A DNA stretch of 60,617 nucleotides, filler included, from a candidate division TA06 bacterium SM23_40 (GCA_001303705.1; 6 parts of 6 records of this genome joined end to end with filler, not necessarily neighbours in it), one strand, 5' to 3'. Counted from the whole stretch's first letter, positions 17,842-27,680 are shown. Notes: a model not told the origin generated them from the sequence alone. Made by a program: numbers and translations.

Positions 17842-20214
17842 ATGTGCAAGTTGAGTGTAGTGCTTCTGGTGCTGGCAGCGCTCTGCGTGAGAGGAATCCC
17901 GGCAGGGGCGATGCCAGCGGCCGAGAGAAGAAGTGAGATCGCCCCATCAGCCGACCCCCGGGGAGCTCTGGATACCCCGTTCCCCAATACTGAGAGGAGG
18001 GATCATGATGTGGGCGAGCTCTGGCTCACCATCACAAACTGGGGGTTCTTCGGCACCGAATACGACCTCAATTTCTCCGGATGCACGTTTCCCGCCTACT
18101 CCAACACCTGCTATCTCTTCTGGGGCGGCTTGTGGGTGGGGGCGATCAACGAGGAGGGGGATACACTCGTATCGACCGGATGCGAGGGGTGGGCCGGTCC
18201 CCACTACGAGTTCTACCCCGGCCCTCTCGACGGGATCGATGACCACAAAGATGTGATCACCGAACGGTCGACCCGTGAGTCCTCGCCCTACTACAGCCCC
18301 CTGGCCGTCTCCGAACAGGACTTCATCGCCTTCTACAGCGATACTGCCACGAGCGCTACCTGGCCCGCGTTCATCGGGCCGGACCACGAGCCGCTCGGGA
18401 TAGAGGTCACGCAGCGGAGCTTTGCCTGGAGTTACTCCCACGCGCGGGATTTCATCATTTTCGACCTCTCGCTGAAGAACGTGGGCGAGGACACATTGCG
18501 CGACATCTACGTGGGGTTGTTCCTCGATGCCGACTGCGGCCACTGTGGAGAGTATTGGGACAAGGCCTGGGATGACGTGACCGGATTTCGCCGCTGGCGA
18601 GATCCGGGCGATACGCTCTGGCCCGAGGGAACGACGTATTACTCATGGTTCTACCCCGACGGGATCGATGTGGGCGGGACGGCGAAGGTGCAGTCTCCGG
18701 CCGATCGCATCGACGTGGCCTGGGCAGCCGATGCAAACGGGTTCTCGGCACCTGACGGCTGGCCCACTCCCGGTGTATTCGGGACTCGACTGATCCAGAC
18801 ACCCAACCCTAATGTGAGGATTGCGTACAACTGGTGGTACTATCCGCCGAACGGATGGGCTCCGCCCGAAGTGTGCGCCCCGACTGACCCGGAAAACCCC
18901 GACGATGTCTTGGGCGAGCCGGATACTGATGAGCTGAAGTATATCCTCCTCACCAACGGGTATATCGATCCGGACCAGCTCGATCCTGTGAACGGTCTGT
19001 GCGCCGCGCCCGCTGATGCGAGGTATGTTCTCTCGTGCGGACCCGTCTTTCCTCCCTGGAGGGATCCGAACGATCCGACGCAGTGGTATTGTGCCCCCGG
19101 GGACTCGATCCCCATCTACCTGGCGTATGTCGCCGGTGAGGCGTTCCACGTCGATGCCGCGATCCCCAACGGTCCGACCGACTATGAGGGGCACTATGAC
19201 TTCAGCGATCTGGCGGTGAACGCGAGCTGGGCGTATACGGTCTACGACAATCCCGGGCTGGATACCGATCAGGATGGATATCGCGGTGACTACGTCGTCA
19301 GTGCGTTCGGGGATACGGCCTGGCTCACCGGAGATCGTGTGCCCGATTTTCTCGCCCCAGGCCCGCCGCCTGCACCATCCGTGACGGTGGTGCCTGGCGA
19401 TGGCAGGGTGACGATACTGTGGGATGGAGATCTGTCGGAAACGGCGATAGATGCGGTGACAGGTATCAAGGATTTCGAGGGGTACCGGCTGTACCGCTCC
19501 TACAGCAGCGCCACTGCGGAGATAGCGGGCTATTCGCGGCTGGCCCAGTATGATCTGCCGCTGCGGGACGGGAGCTGGGTGTGGCACGGGGATACGATCC
19601 CTGCGGACAGTCTGAACCTCGGAATGGGCCACGATGATTGGCCTCCGCCGCCGGTGAGTGAAGAGCTGGCATCCGAATATCCGGCCTGCGACTACATGTT
19701 CGTCGATGAGCCTGTGCTGAACGGCCTTCCTGGATACTATTCGGTGACCGCATTCGACTTCGGGTTCCGGCGCGGCGGGCAGTGGTTTGCTCCTGTGCAG
19801 GTGGAGCCGATCGAGTCGGCTCCCAGCGCATCTCACGTCCGGGCGGTGGCGCATCCCGAGGCCGGTACGGGCGTGGATGATCGCGTCTGGGTAGTGCCCA
19901 ATCCGTACAAGGATTCGGAGGACTACAATTCGATTCGCTGGGAGAACTGGAATCGAGCCGGGTGGTCAGAGCATTCCAGGCGGCTTGACTTCTGTGGGCT
20001 GCCGCCGCGGTGCACGATACGGATCTTCAGCATGGGCGGTGACCTTGTGGACGAGATACGGCATCCGAGCGGGCACCCGGTGGCGACAGAGTCTACCGAG
20101 CCGTGGAATATCATATCGCGCGACTTCCAGGCGGTCGTCTCCGGGATCTATATCTTTTCGGTCGAATACGAGAACGGGGACAACCAGCTCGGGAGGTTCG
20201 TAGTCATCAAGTAG
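17842..20214 (+). CDS. Large secreted protein with an FN3-like domain and a T9SS-type C-terminal sorting-like domain
   Basis: Signal peptide; HDVGELWLTITNWG; PPPAPSVTVVPGDGRVTILWD..FEGYRLYRS; C-terminus VVPNPY..IRIFSMGGDLV..SGIYIFSVE..GRFVVIK. Confidence 0.85.
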   Translation: MCKLSVVLLVLAALCVRGIPAGAMPAAERRSEIAPSADPRGALDTPFPNTERRDHDVGELWLTITNWGFFGTEYDLNFSGCTFPAYSNTCYLFWGGLWVGAINEEGDTLVSTGCEGWAGPHYEFYPGPLDGIDDHKDVITERSTRESSPYYSPLAVSEQDFIAFYSDTATSATWPAFIGPDHEPLGIEVTQRSFAWSYSHARDFIIFDLSLKNVGEDTLRDIYVGLFLDADCGHCGEYWDKAWDDVTGFRRWRDPGDTLWPEGTTYYSWFYPDGIDVGGTAKVQSPADRIDVAWAADANGFSAPDGWPTPGVFGTRLIQTPNPNVRIAYNWWYYPPNGWAPPEVCAPTDPENPDDVLGEPDTDELKYILLTNGYIDPDQLDPVNGLCAAPADARYVLSCGPVFPPWRDPNDPTQWYCAPGDSIPIYLAYVAGEAFHVDAAIPNGPTDYEGHYDFSDLAVNASWAYTVYDNPGLDTDQDGYRGDYVVSAFGDTAWLTGDRVPDFLAPGPPPAPSVTVVPGDGRVTILWDGDLSETAIDAVTGIKDFEGYRLYRSYSSATAEIAGYSRLAQYDLPLRDGSWVWHGDTIPADSLNLGMGHDDWPPPPVSEELASEYPACDYMFVDEPVLNGLPGYYSVTAFDFGFRRGGQWFAPVQVEPIESAPSASHVRAVAHPEAGTGVDDRVWVVPNPYKDSEDYNSIRWENWNRAGWSEHSRRLDFCGLPPRCTIRIFSMGGDLVDEIRHPSGHPVATESTEPWNIISRDFQAVVSGIYIFSVEYENGDNQLGRFVVIK

Positions 20215-20358
20215 GGGCGACGCCCGAACGTGACGCCGCAGTCTGCCCCCGGCCTTGCGGAAGCGGCCGACAGCCAATACGATCGCCCTGCCGGGTCTCA
20301 TAGTGCCGCGACCCGGCAGGGCGTCTGCTGTTTCACTCGGCATCGATGTGCGCCGTCG

Positions 20359-20700
20359 CTATTTCCCCTGAAACAGACCTATGGCATTGCCGCTCATGTC
20401 GGCGAAGATTCCGAACCACCCCATGTTGGGGATTTCGGTCTTCTCCTGCACGATGGTTGCTCCGAGTCCCTTCGCCTTCTCCAGCGCTGCCGTGATCTCC
20501 TCGACGAGAACGTAGAAAATGATGTTCTGGGGTGTGTTCGGCCCCGGCTTCTGCAGCCCCCCTCCCGGTTCCTTCTCAGTCTGGAACATGATGTAATCGG
20601 AGCCGTACGGCTCCATCTTCCAGCCGAAGAGCGCTGAATAGAACTCCTTTGCCTTGTCCAGGTCAGCAACGGGTATTTCGACGTGACAGATGGTGTGCAT
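20359..20700 (-). CDS. VOC/glyoxalase-family protein
   Basis: HVEIPVADLDKAKEFYSALFGW; GWFGIFADMSGNAIGLFQ; SD GGGGAGG. Confidence 0.93.
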   Translation of the reverse strand: MHTICHVEIPVADLDKAKEFYSALFGWKMEPYGSDYIMFQTEKEPGGGLQKPGPNTPQNIIFYVLVEEITAALEKAKGLGATIVQEKTEIPNMGWFGIFADMSGNAIGLFQGK

Positions 20701-20750
20701 GGTACCCTCCCCTGTTTGGAGATATCCCTGGTAGAGGTGTGGCGCTAAGA

Positions 20751-20779
20751 ATTCTGCCACAGGCGGGCTCACCTGTCAA
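20751..20779 (-). promoter_or_regulatory. sigma70-type promoter for the VOC gene
   Basis: Minus strand TTGACA-N17-CAGAAT. Confidence 0.55.
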
Positions 20780-20855
20780 CTCCCGATCACTCGGCAGAAG
20801 CCGATTCTGAAGATGCCGAGACCAGATTCCGGAGATCGGGGATTCGTCTTAACGG

Positions 20856-20885
20856 TTGACTCAAGCCTGTCGGCTGTTGTAACAT
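20856..20885 (+). promoter_or_regulatory. sigma70-type promoter for the small-protein/DASS/USP genes
   Basis: TTGACT-N18-TAACAT. Confidence 0.5.
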
Positions 20886-20952
20886 GCGCATCAGGTTCCA
20901 CGGGCCCGACCGGCACATGAGGCAGACAATCGAAAAAACGGGGAAGTTGCAG

Positions 20953-21201
20953 ATGGCTACTCAGGATGGAGGATGCAGCAGTTCGATTCCCCGAGACGCG
21001 GGCGGCGATCGGGGCGGGTGGACCAAGCGGTTCGTGGCCAGGGGGCCACGGTACCGGGAGTGGGCTGCCCTGTACGAGTCTCTTGGCTTCGAGGTGCGCG
21101 TCGAATCGTTCGATCGTGGCGATCTGCCGGAGGAATGTGATTCCTGCGGCGAGTCCGAGCAGGGCGATCTGTGGACCATCTACACGAGGCCGAGGGAGTG
21201 A
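20953..21201 (+). CDS. Small hypothetical CxxC protein (82 aa)
   Basis: GWTKRFVA..PR..E..LYESLGFEVRVE..CDSC..IYTR; stop overlaps the GTG of the next gene. Confidence 0.75.
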   Translation: MATQDGGCSSSIPRDAGGDRGGWTKRFVARGPRYREWAALYESLGFEVRVESFDRGDLPEECDSCGESEQGDLWTIYTRPRE

Positions 21202-22646
21202 GCCCGATCCGGGGTAGCGGAGGTGAGTGGCGAAGCACCGCGGCTCGTCTGCTAATGGCGCGTCGGCGGAACTGGAGGCTCTTCACCCTCGCCGTTTCAT
21301 TCGGCGTACTCATACTCATCAGCACGGCGCCGGCGCCGGACGGCCTCACTCAGCAGGGACAGAAAGCACTGGCGATCTTCGCCATGTGCATCATCCTCTG
21401 GGTAACACACGCTTTCCCGCTGGCCGTTACGAGCTTCCTCGCTATCGCGCTCCTCCCGATCATGAAGGTGATGGATCCCGGCGAGGCATTCGCGCTGTTC
21501 GGTAACGAGGCCGTCTTCTTCATCATGGGGGCCTTCATCCTCGCAGCCGCCCTGCTCAAGTCCGGCCTCAGCACACGAATTGCCCTCATCTTCCTCTCGC
21601 GGTTCGGAGGGAATCCGGAGCACCTGCTCCTGGGAGTGCTCGCCTCCAGCGCCTTTCTCGCCTTCTGGATGCCGGCCCATGCGGTTGCCGCCCTCATGTT
21701 TCCGATAATTTTACAAATCGCGAGAAGCCTCGGACTCGAACCGGGTCGTTCGAGCTATGGCAAGGCGCTCTTTTTCTCGCTGGCGTGGGGATCGATCATC
21801 GGCGGTGTGGCCACGCTGCTCGGCGGCGCCCGTAATCCGCTCGCGATCGGAATTCTCTGGCAGCACCACCACCTCCGGCTGGGTTTCGGGGAATGGATGG
21901 TGGCGGCTGTCCCGATAACGGTGGTGATGCTCTGCTGTGCCTACGGCGTAATCCGGTTCTTCTTCCGCATCGATGTCGCGGACATCAGCCGCGCGCGGGA
22001 TGCGCTTCGCGCCGCCATCGATGACTTGGGGAAAGTCTCGTGGCCGGAGCGCTGGGTTGGCGTAGTCGTGGGGGGGACCATATGCTGCTGGATAGGCCTC
22101 TCACACACTGTCGGTCTGGCCAATATCGCTGTACTCGGAGCTGTCTCTCTCTTTGTCCTGAATCTTGTTCGCTGGAACGACATCGAGGACTACGTCAACT
22201 GGGGAGTCATCCTGATGTACGGGGGAGCCATCGCGGTGGCGACTGCGCTCACTGAAACGGGTGCTGCGCAGTGGCTGGTCGTCTCCCTTCTCACTCGCTA
22301 CGAACTGACGCCGTTCATGCTCGTGGTGGCCATATCGCTGGTCGCGAAGGTATTGACGGAGGGGATATCGAACGCTGCCGCGGTCGCCGTGCTGCTCCCG
22401 ATCGGGTTCAGCTTGGGGGAGGTCTATGGAGTCCATCCTGTGTTGATGGTTTATGCAGTGGCGATTCCGTCAGGTCTGGCCTTCAGCCTTCCTATGGGTA
22501 CTCCTCCGAATGCAATCTGTTATTCATCCGGGTACTACGGGTTGAGAGAGGCGCTGAAGGCCGGATTCGTGCTGAACGTCGCCTCGTGGATAGCATTTCT
22601 CCTCATGGTGAAACTCTATTGGCCGCTCATCGGGGTCCGCCTGTGA
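21198..22646 (+). CDS. DASS/SLC13 family anion:Na+ symporter (start 21198 or 21256)
   Basis: SIIGGVATLLGGARN; VNWGVILMYGGAIA; TEGISNAA; LPMGTPPNAI; more than 11 TM helices. Confidence 0.92.
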   Translation: MSPIRGSGGEWRSTAARLLMARRRNWRLFTLAVSFGVLILISTAPAPDGLTQQGQKALAIFAMCIILWVTHAFPLAVTSFLAIALLPIMKVMDPGEAFALFGNEAVFFIMGAFILAAALLKSGLSTRIALIFLSRFGGNPEHLLLGVLASSAFLAFWMPAHAVAALMFPIILQIARSLGLEPGRSSYGKALFFSLAWGSIIGGVATLLGGARNPLAIGILWQHHHLRLGFGEWMVAAVPITVVMLCCAYGVIRFFFRIDVADISRARDALRAAIDDLGKVSWPERWVGVVVGGTICCWIGLSHTVGLANIAVLGAVSLFVLNLVRWNDIEDYVNWGVILMYGGAIAVATALTETGAAQWLVVSLLTRYELTPFMLVVAISLVAKVLTEGISNAAAVAVLLPIGFSLGEVYGVHPVLMVYAVAIPSGLAFSLPMGTPPNAICYSSGYYGLREALKAGFVLNVASWIAFLLMVKLYWPLIGVRL

Positions 22647-22798
22647 GGAGACGATGTGAGAGAGGGGATGGATCGGGAGAGGATGTTGTACCACCTCGTA
22701 CAGGGGTCGTGCCGCTGGCGAGGCAGCGGGGCCCGGGGAATCGAGCAGCGCAGATGCAGGGGTGAGGCGCAGCGGCGTTCTAGAAGAGGAGCAGGCTG

Positions 22799-23263
22799 AT
22801 GACGATCTTGCTCGCCTTGTCAACGACTCGAGAATCGAAGCACGGGGTGGAGTACGCCCTTTCGCGAGCGGCAGAGGCGGATGCTGAACTGGTGAGTCTC
22901 TTCGTGGTGGATCGAAACATCGCGGCGTCTCTCTTCGGGCAGCTTATGGATGCGGGGTTCGTGGGGGAAAAGGTCGGACGGGATCTCGAGGGGACGATCT
23001 TGAAGGACTATGCCGCACGGGGCCGCCGAAGGCTGGAGGCGATCGCCTCGGCGGCAGGCGAGCGAGGCATTCGCCTCAGGACTGAACTGGTCGAGGGGAA
23101 TTTCGCTGAGGAGACCCTCCGCACGATGGAAGAAGTGGGGGCGGACCTTATAATTCTCATGCGCGCCGAGCGCTCGCAGCTCTCACGTCTTCTGTTCGGA
23201 TCGGCGGTGAATCAGGTCAGGGAGCTCGCCATCTGTCCTGTGGAGATAGTAGAGGAGAGCTGA
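22799..23263 (+). CDS. Universal stress protein
   Basis: TILLALS; ADLIIL; LLFGSAVNQVRELAICPVEIV. Confidence 0.88.
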   Translation: MTILLALSTTRESKHGVEYALSRAAEADAELVSLFVVDRNIAASLFGQLMDAGFVGEKVGRDLEGTILKDYAARGRRRLEAIASAAGERGIRLRTELVEGNFAEETLRTMEEVGADLIILMRAERSQLSRLLFGSAVNQVRELAICPVEIVEES

Positions 23264-23274
23264 GAAGACCGGGC

Positions 23275-24216
23275 TCAGGTGGTGTCTCTCCGCTGGTCGA
23301 TGAGATAGTTGCTGCCCCGCATCTGCTTCAGGCGGTGTTTGATCTCTGTCAGGATCTCTGCTACCTGGAGGTGGCTGGTGAAGTTGCGATGAACGTTTGT
23401 CGTCACGGAGAGAGAGATCGTCATAATGGGGAATTTCACGCCTTTGCCCGTTCTGTCTTCTGATAGGATGTATCCTCTCTCGCGATCCCCCTCTTTGTAG
23501 TGTACCCCTATCGCACCGTCGAACCTCTTGATGATCTTCTGACACACGTCCTCGATCGATCCGGGGTCGGCGATTATCATGAAATCGTCGCCACCAACGT
23601 GTCCGATGAACGCATCCTCGTCGCCCGAGTGGATCACGAGGTTCTTCAGAATCCGCGCGACAAGCTGGATGACCTCGTCTCCTGCGGCGTATCCATAAAC
23701 GTCATTGTAGCCTTTGAAGTTGTCGAGATCGACGTAACAGATCGCGAATGTCCTTTTTGCCAGGATCCGGTTCTTGATCTCCTCTTCGATGGCCAGGTTG
23801 CCGGGCAGCTTCGTGAGGGGATTGGCGCCGATGTGCTGTCTCGCCTCACGCAGCCTTGCCTTCACTCTCCATTTCAGCTCCTCCGGATCGAAGAACTTCG
23901 AGATGTAGTCTTCAGCGCCGAGTTCGAGGCCGCGGATGGTATCCTCAGTGCTGTCTCGGCCGCTGATGAAGATGATCGGGATATTCGATCGGAATGGATT
24001 CTGCTTGAGTTTGCGGCAGAGTTCCAGGCCGTCCAGTTTCGGCATGTTGACGTCGAGAAGGATGAGATCTGGTTCATCGATGAGCACGCGGTTGAATGCA
24101 TCATTGCCGTCCTTGGCCTCTGAGACCGCGTATTCCCATGATTCTAAGATGTCCCGCAGCGAGGTGCGGACTAGCGGGTCATCGTCGACGATGAGGATTT
24201 TCTCCTTGATCGGCAC
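23275..24216 (-). CDS. Response regulator-diguanylate cyclase (REC-GGDEF, GGDDF variant)
   Basis: ILIVDDD; LLDVNMP; NPLTKLPGN; DLDNFKGYNDVYG; HVGGDDF. Confidence 0.92.
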   Translation of the reverse strand: MPIKEKILIVDDDPLVRTSLRDILESWEYAVSEAKDGNDAFNRVLIDEPDLILLDVNMPKLDGLELCRKLKQNPFRSNIPIIFISGRDSTEDTIRGLELGAEDYISKFFDPEELKWRVKARLREARQHIGANPLTKLPGNLAIEEEIKNRILAKRTFAICYVDLDNFKGYNDVYGYAAGDEVIQLVARILKNLVIHSGDEDAFIGHVGGDDFMIIADPGSIEDVCQKIIKRFDGAIGVHYKEGDRERGYILSEDRTGKGVKFPIMTISLSVTTNVHRNFTSHLQVAEILTEIKHRLKQMRGSNYLIDQRRDTT

Positions 24217-24591
24217 GGATGGGATGTCCTCTCATGAAGTAATCCGACTGCCTGGACTCTATCCTTGTTGCAGCAGGACAGTCCGGAAGAACCCCGCTCG
24301 CCGATAGTCAAGCATACCAGGAAAATCACTCTTCGTGATATTATGTAGTTCGAGCGGTGAAAACGCAATACCTTTTCGAACATTTCCTGCCCTACGTGGG
24401 CCGCGGTGACAGGTCAGGGTGTGAGACCGGCCCGCGCGGATGAGCCAGGACTATTTTCGCTTGGTGGCCGGCCATTCGGCGCGAGCGTCCGGCCATGCGG
24501 ACGAGTCGCAGCCGGGATCTCTGCGGCCAGGGCTCGAGTAGCTCGTTTTTCGATCCCGTTGAACCTCCACAGCCAAGAGGGAAGGGCGGCC

Positions 24592-25290
24592 ATGATCAAG
24601 GCGGTCTTCTTCGATTTCGGCGCCACTCTTATGGATGGTGAGAGCGATCGTACGGCACATCGAGAACTCATGCGGGAAGTGGCGGAGTCGCTTGGGCTCT
24701 CCATCAGTGCTGACGAATTGCTCGTTCTCTTCGAGGGGGTGATCTTTCCTCGGGCCTCGATCCGGCCCCGGCGGTGGGTCACGACACGGCAGCTCGTGGA
24801 GGAGACGTTACCCGCGCTTCTCGGCGAGCGGTTCGGGGCCGATCTGGAGACCTGGGATTGGGATTGGTTCTGGAAGACCTATTTCGACACGCACCGCGAG
24901 CATGCGTCTCTGTTTCCTGCCGCCCGACGCACACTCGATTGGGTGAAGGCTCGGGACGTCCACCTCGGACTCATCTCTGACATCGACGACGACTATCTCT
25001 ACTTCCAGATGGACACCTTCGGGATCACCGGACTATTCGATTCGATCACAACGTCGGAGGCAGTGGGGGTGGGTAAGCCGAACCCGAAGATCTTTCTCGC
25101 CGCGCTGGAGCAGGCGGGATGCAGCGGGGGCGAAGCAGTCTACGTGGGGGATTCCAGGGAAAAAGACATGATGGGAGCGAAGGCAGTGGGGATGATGACG
25201 ATCTGGCTGGGAAGCGGCGAATGCCCTGAAGCCGACCACCAGATCGACGACATCGGATCAGTGCCCTCGATCCTCGAACCTGAACTCTAG
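24592..25290 (+). CDS. HAD-superfamily hydrolase (subfamily IA)
   Basis: FFDFGATL; LISD; KPNPKIF; YVGDSREKDMMGAKAVG; SD GGAAGGG. Confidence 0.92.
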   Translation: MIKAVFFDFGATLMDGESDRTAHRELMREVAESLGLSISADELLVLFEGVIFPRASIRPRRWVTTRQLVEETLPALLGERFGADLETWDWDWFWKTYFDTHREHASLFPAARRTLDWVKARDVHLGLISDIDDDYLYFQMDTFGITGLFDSITTSEAVGVGKPNPKIFLAALEQAGCSGGEAVYVGDSREKDMMGAKAVGMMTIWLGSGECPEADHQIDDIGSVPSILEPEL

Positions 25291-25702
25291 CCCCCGGGGA
25301 CGTTGGTAGGTTCAGAAGGTTACTGCGACGATCCCCCGGGGACGTTGGTAGGTTCAGAAGGTTACTGTGAACGACCCCCAGAGGACATTGGTAGGTTCAG
25401 AAGGTTACTGGGGGCGACCCCCAGAGGACATTGGTAGGTTCTGAAAGTTACTGCGTTCGCAGCCCCCGACTGCGGGTCTCGTTCTCGGGGACGTACCTGG
25501 GAAATGAAGGTTATTACGTTTCGTTCGCCGGGACGTACCCGGCAAACAGGAAATGAAGGTTAATGTCCTGTTTCTGGCAGCGGTACGGAAAGCGGAAACG
25601 AGGAGAGAAGGCGTGGGGGCCCAGCCACAAAGGTGAATAACCCTCAAAACCCAGGTACGTCCCCGGAGGCGTGAATAACCTTGAAAACGCAGGTACGTCC
25701 CC
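25291..25702. repeat. REP-like array: four 42-43 bp tandem units plus inverted GGGGACGTACC..GAAGGTTATT motifs
   Basis: CCCCCGGGGACGTTGGTAGGTTCAGAAGGTTACTG-type units at 25291, 25333, 25375 and 25418; related motifs at 25487 and 25530 (+) and at 25636 and 25674 (inverted). Confidence 0.9.
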
Positions 25703-25712
25703 GAAGGTTGAG

Positions 25713-25838
25713 GACGTGACAGGAGCGAAGGCAGTGGGGATGATAACGATCTGGCTGGGAAGCGGTGAATGCCCTGAAGCCGACTTCCGGATTGGCGGCA
25801 TCGTATCAGTGCCTTCGATCCTCGAAAGCAGACTCTAA
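25713..25838 (+). pseudogene. Duplicated 3' end (126 bp) of the HAD gene
   Basis: Ungapped match to 25165-25290 with 19 mismatches by my count, ending in a stop; no 5' part. Confidence 0.88.
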
Positions 25839-25846
25839 CAGGCTTC

Positions 25847-27586
25847 TCATATCACATGGATCTCAAACGAGGACTCGTCGGCGATGACTCCCGGGTAGAT
25901 ACCCACTCTCCCGATGATCGCATACGTTCCCTCTTGCGTCGCTAGCGGGATGTTGATCTCACAGTCGTAGGCGATGATCTCGCCCGACTCGAGCCCTCCG
26001 TGGATCGGGTTGTTGGGTACGTTGATGAGCCCGGCCGGGATCAGGCGCTCGGGGCCGCCCGAAGGTCTCACCATCAGCCAGAAGTCGCCGGTGACAGGCG
26101 ACGCATGGAAGTTCGCAACCGTGATCGTGCAGCGAATGGTGTCGCCGGGAGGCAGGAGCGTCGGCCCGGTCGGGACGAGCTCCACGCAGACGCCAATCCG
26201 GCGTTCCCCGCGCGAGGCATAGATGTCGTAACCTCCCCAGCGGCGATAGTCCTGCCAGACGACATGTGGGGCATCCGGAGAGATGAGGGCGACGATTGGA
26301 TTGTAGGCGGCGGAACCGGTCGTATCGTCGTCCACCCGTGAGTCGGGGACGGTCCAGCTGAGTCCGCCATCGGTCGAGGAAGAGAGATAGATATCCCAGT
26401 CGCCGTTTCTGTAGTCCATCCACGAGGCGCATGCGACTCCGTCCCGAGAGTAGAAGAGGCTGGGATATGTGCCGACGCCCTGCTCGGCGTCGTTCGCCTG
26501 GCTGCTCGGCCCGAAGCTGAGTCCCCCGTCCGTAGAGGCGCTTACCCGCACCTCAGTCGGCCCTGCAAAATCATCGTTGTACCAGGCGATCAAGATTCTC
26601 CCCGTCTCATCTACCCCGATGACGCGCGATGCAACCTGCTGATAGTAGGCGCTGATATCATTCACTCTGACATTCGGTGTCCAGGAATCTCCCGCATCCG
26701 TGGAGCGAGCGAAGTAGACCTCGGGAAAACGCGACGGACCGGGCTCCCGCCAGTCGTTCCAGGTGCAGTACAGGTCGTCGAGATCGTCCGGACTGGCCCA
26801 CAGGCATGACTCTCCCGCCACCGGATTGTTCCCGGTTTCGTCGCTAACGCGCACGTTCTCCGACCAGGTCGCACCGCCGTCCGTGGAGCGGGCGAAGTAG
26901 ACTTGATGATAGACCCCTTCCCGCCAGTCGGTCCAGGAGACGTAGACCCGCTCCTGTCCATTGGCGGCGATTGAAGCACGCATGTAGTCGGAGGGGCTGG
27001 TGCTCGAGCCTGCCGTGTTGACCTTTACGTCCGGCGTCCACACCCACTCGCCCCCCTGGAGGATGCGGCGCGAGGAGTAGACATCCCAGACGCCGAGCCG
27101 ATCGTCCTCCCACGCTGCATAGACATTTCCGTCTGCGTCGACGGCGACCGAAGGGAAGCGCGAGTATGTTCCGGTCGTTCGGTCATCGACCAACTCGCTG
27201 GCAGACCAGGTCAATCCGCCATCTGTCGATTGAGAGAAGTAGATATGGTGCTGGCCGGTTCGGTCGTCCATCCAGACGACGTTGAGCCAGCCTTCCGGGC
27301 CGATCGCAAGCTCCGGCCAGAGATGTGTGCCGGCCGGTATGTCGTTGACGCGGACGTCGGGAGAGAAGACCCACCAGGAGAGTTCATCGATCGCCAGGAT
27401 GGGATCGAACCCAGCCGGATCTCCCTCGATAGTTGTCCGGGCGCCAACGCAATCTGCTTCCCTCGATCCCTCTGCCATCTCGAGCCTCACGGTACCTGTG
27501 GCGAGGTCATAGGCCGGCGTGATGTCGACGGCCGAGCCCGTGGCAAAGAGCAGCCATCCGATCATTCCACACTGCACCCACAACAT
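25847..27586 (-). CDS. Secreted BNR/Asp-box repeat (sialidase-fold beta-propeller) protein with a C-terminal Ig-like domain
   Basis: Signal peptide; five STDxGxxW/F boxes; repeated W-x-D-x-R; SD GGAGGAGG. Confidence 0.88.
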   Translation of the reverse strand: MLWVQCGMIGWLLFATGSAVDITPAYDLATGTVRLEMAEGSREADCVGARTTIEGDPAGFDPILAIDELSWWVFSPDVRVNDIPAGTHLWPELAIGPEGWLNVVWMDDRTGQHHIYFSQSTDGGLTWSASELVDDRTTGTYSRFPSVAVDADGNVYAAWEDDRLGVWDVYSSRRILQGGEWVWTPDVKVNTAGSSTSPSDYMRASIAANGQERVYVSWTDWREGVYHQVYFARSTDGGATWSENVRVSDETGNNPVAGESCLWASPDDLDDLYCTWNDWREPGPSRFPEVYFARSTDAGDSWTPNVRVNDISAYYQQVASRVIGVDETGRILIAWYNDDFAGPTEVRVSASTDGGLSFGPSSQANDAEQGVGTYPSLFYSRDGVACASWMDYRNGDWDIYLSSSTDGGLSWTVPDSRVDDDTTGSAAYNPIVALISPDAPHVVWQDYRRWGGYDIYASRGERRIGVCVELVPTGPTLLPPGDTIRCTITVANFHASPVTGDFWLMVRPSGGPERLIPAGLINVPNNPIHGGLESGEIIAYDCEINIPLATQEGTYAIIGRVGIYPGVIADESSFEIHVI

Positions 27587-27638
27587 GATACTCCTCCTCC
27601 CAACTGGTTCAGTGCGCTTACCTTCCCTCTGTGCAACG

Positions 27639-27668
27639 ATGATACACCAACGAGAGGGGCTCTGTCAA
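27639..27668 (-). promoter_or_regulatory. sigma70-type promoter for the BNR gene
   Basis: Minus strand TTGACA-N18-TATCAT. Confidence 0.65.
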
Positions 27669-27680
27669 TGCCCCCTTACA

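Noticed and set aside
23275-24216. Hypr-type cGAMP-producing GGDEF enzyme
   Set aside because: The guanine-specifying Asp (AAGDEVI) is retained, and GGDDF is a common variant
25291-25453. CRISPR array
   Set aside because: The ~35-bp repeats are separated by only about 7 bp, far too short for spacers; no cas genes
25165-25838. Diversity-generating retroelement (VR/TR pair)
   Set aside because: Mismatches are not adenine-specific (only about 5-6 of 19 have A in either copy), and there is no reverse transcriptase in the window
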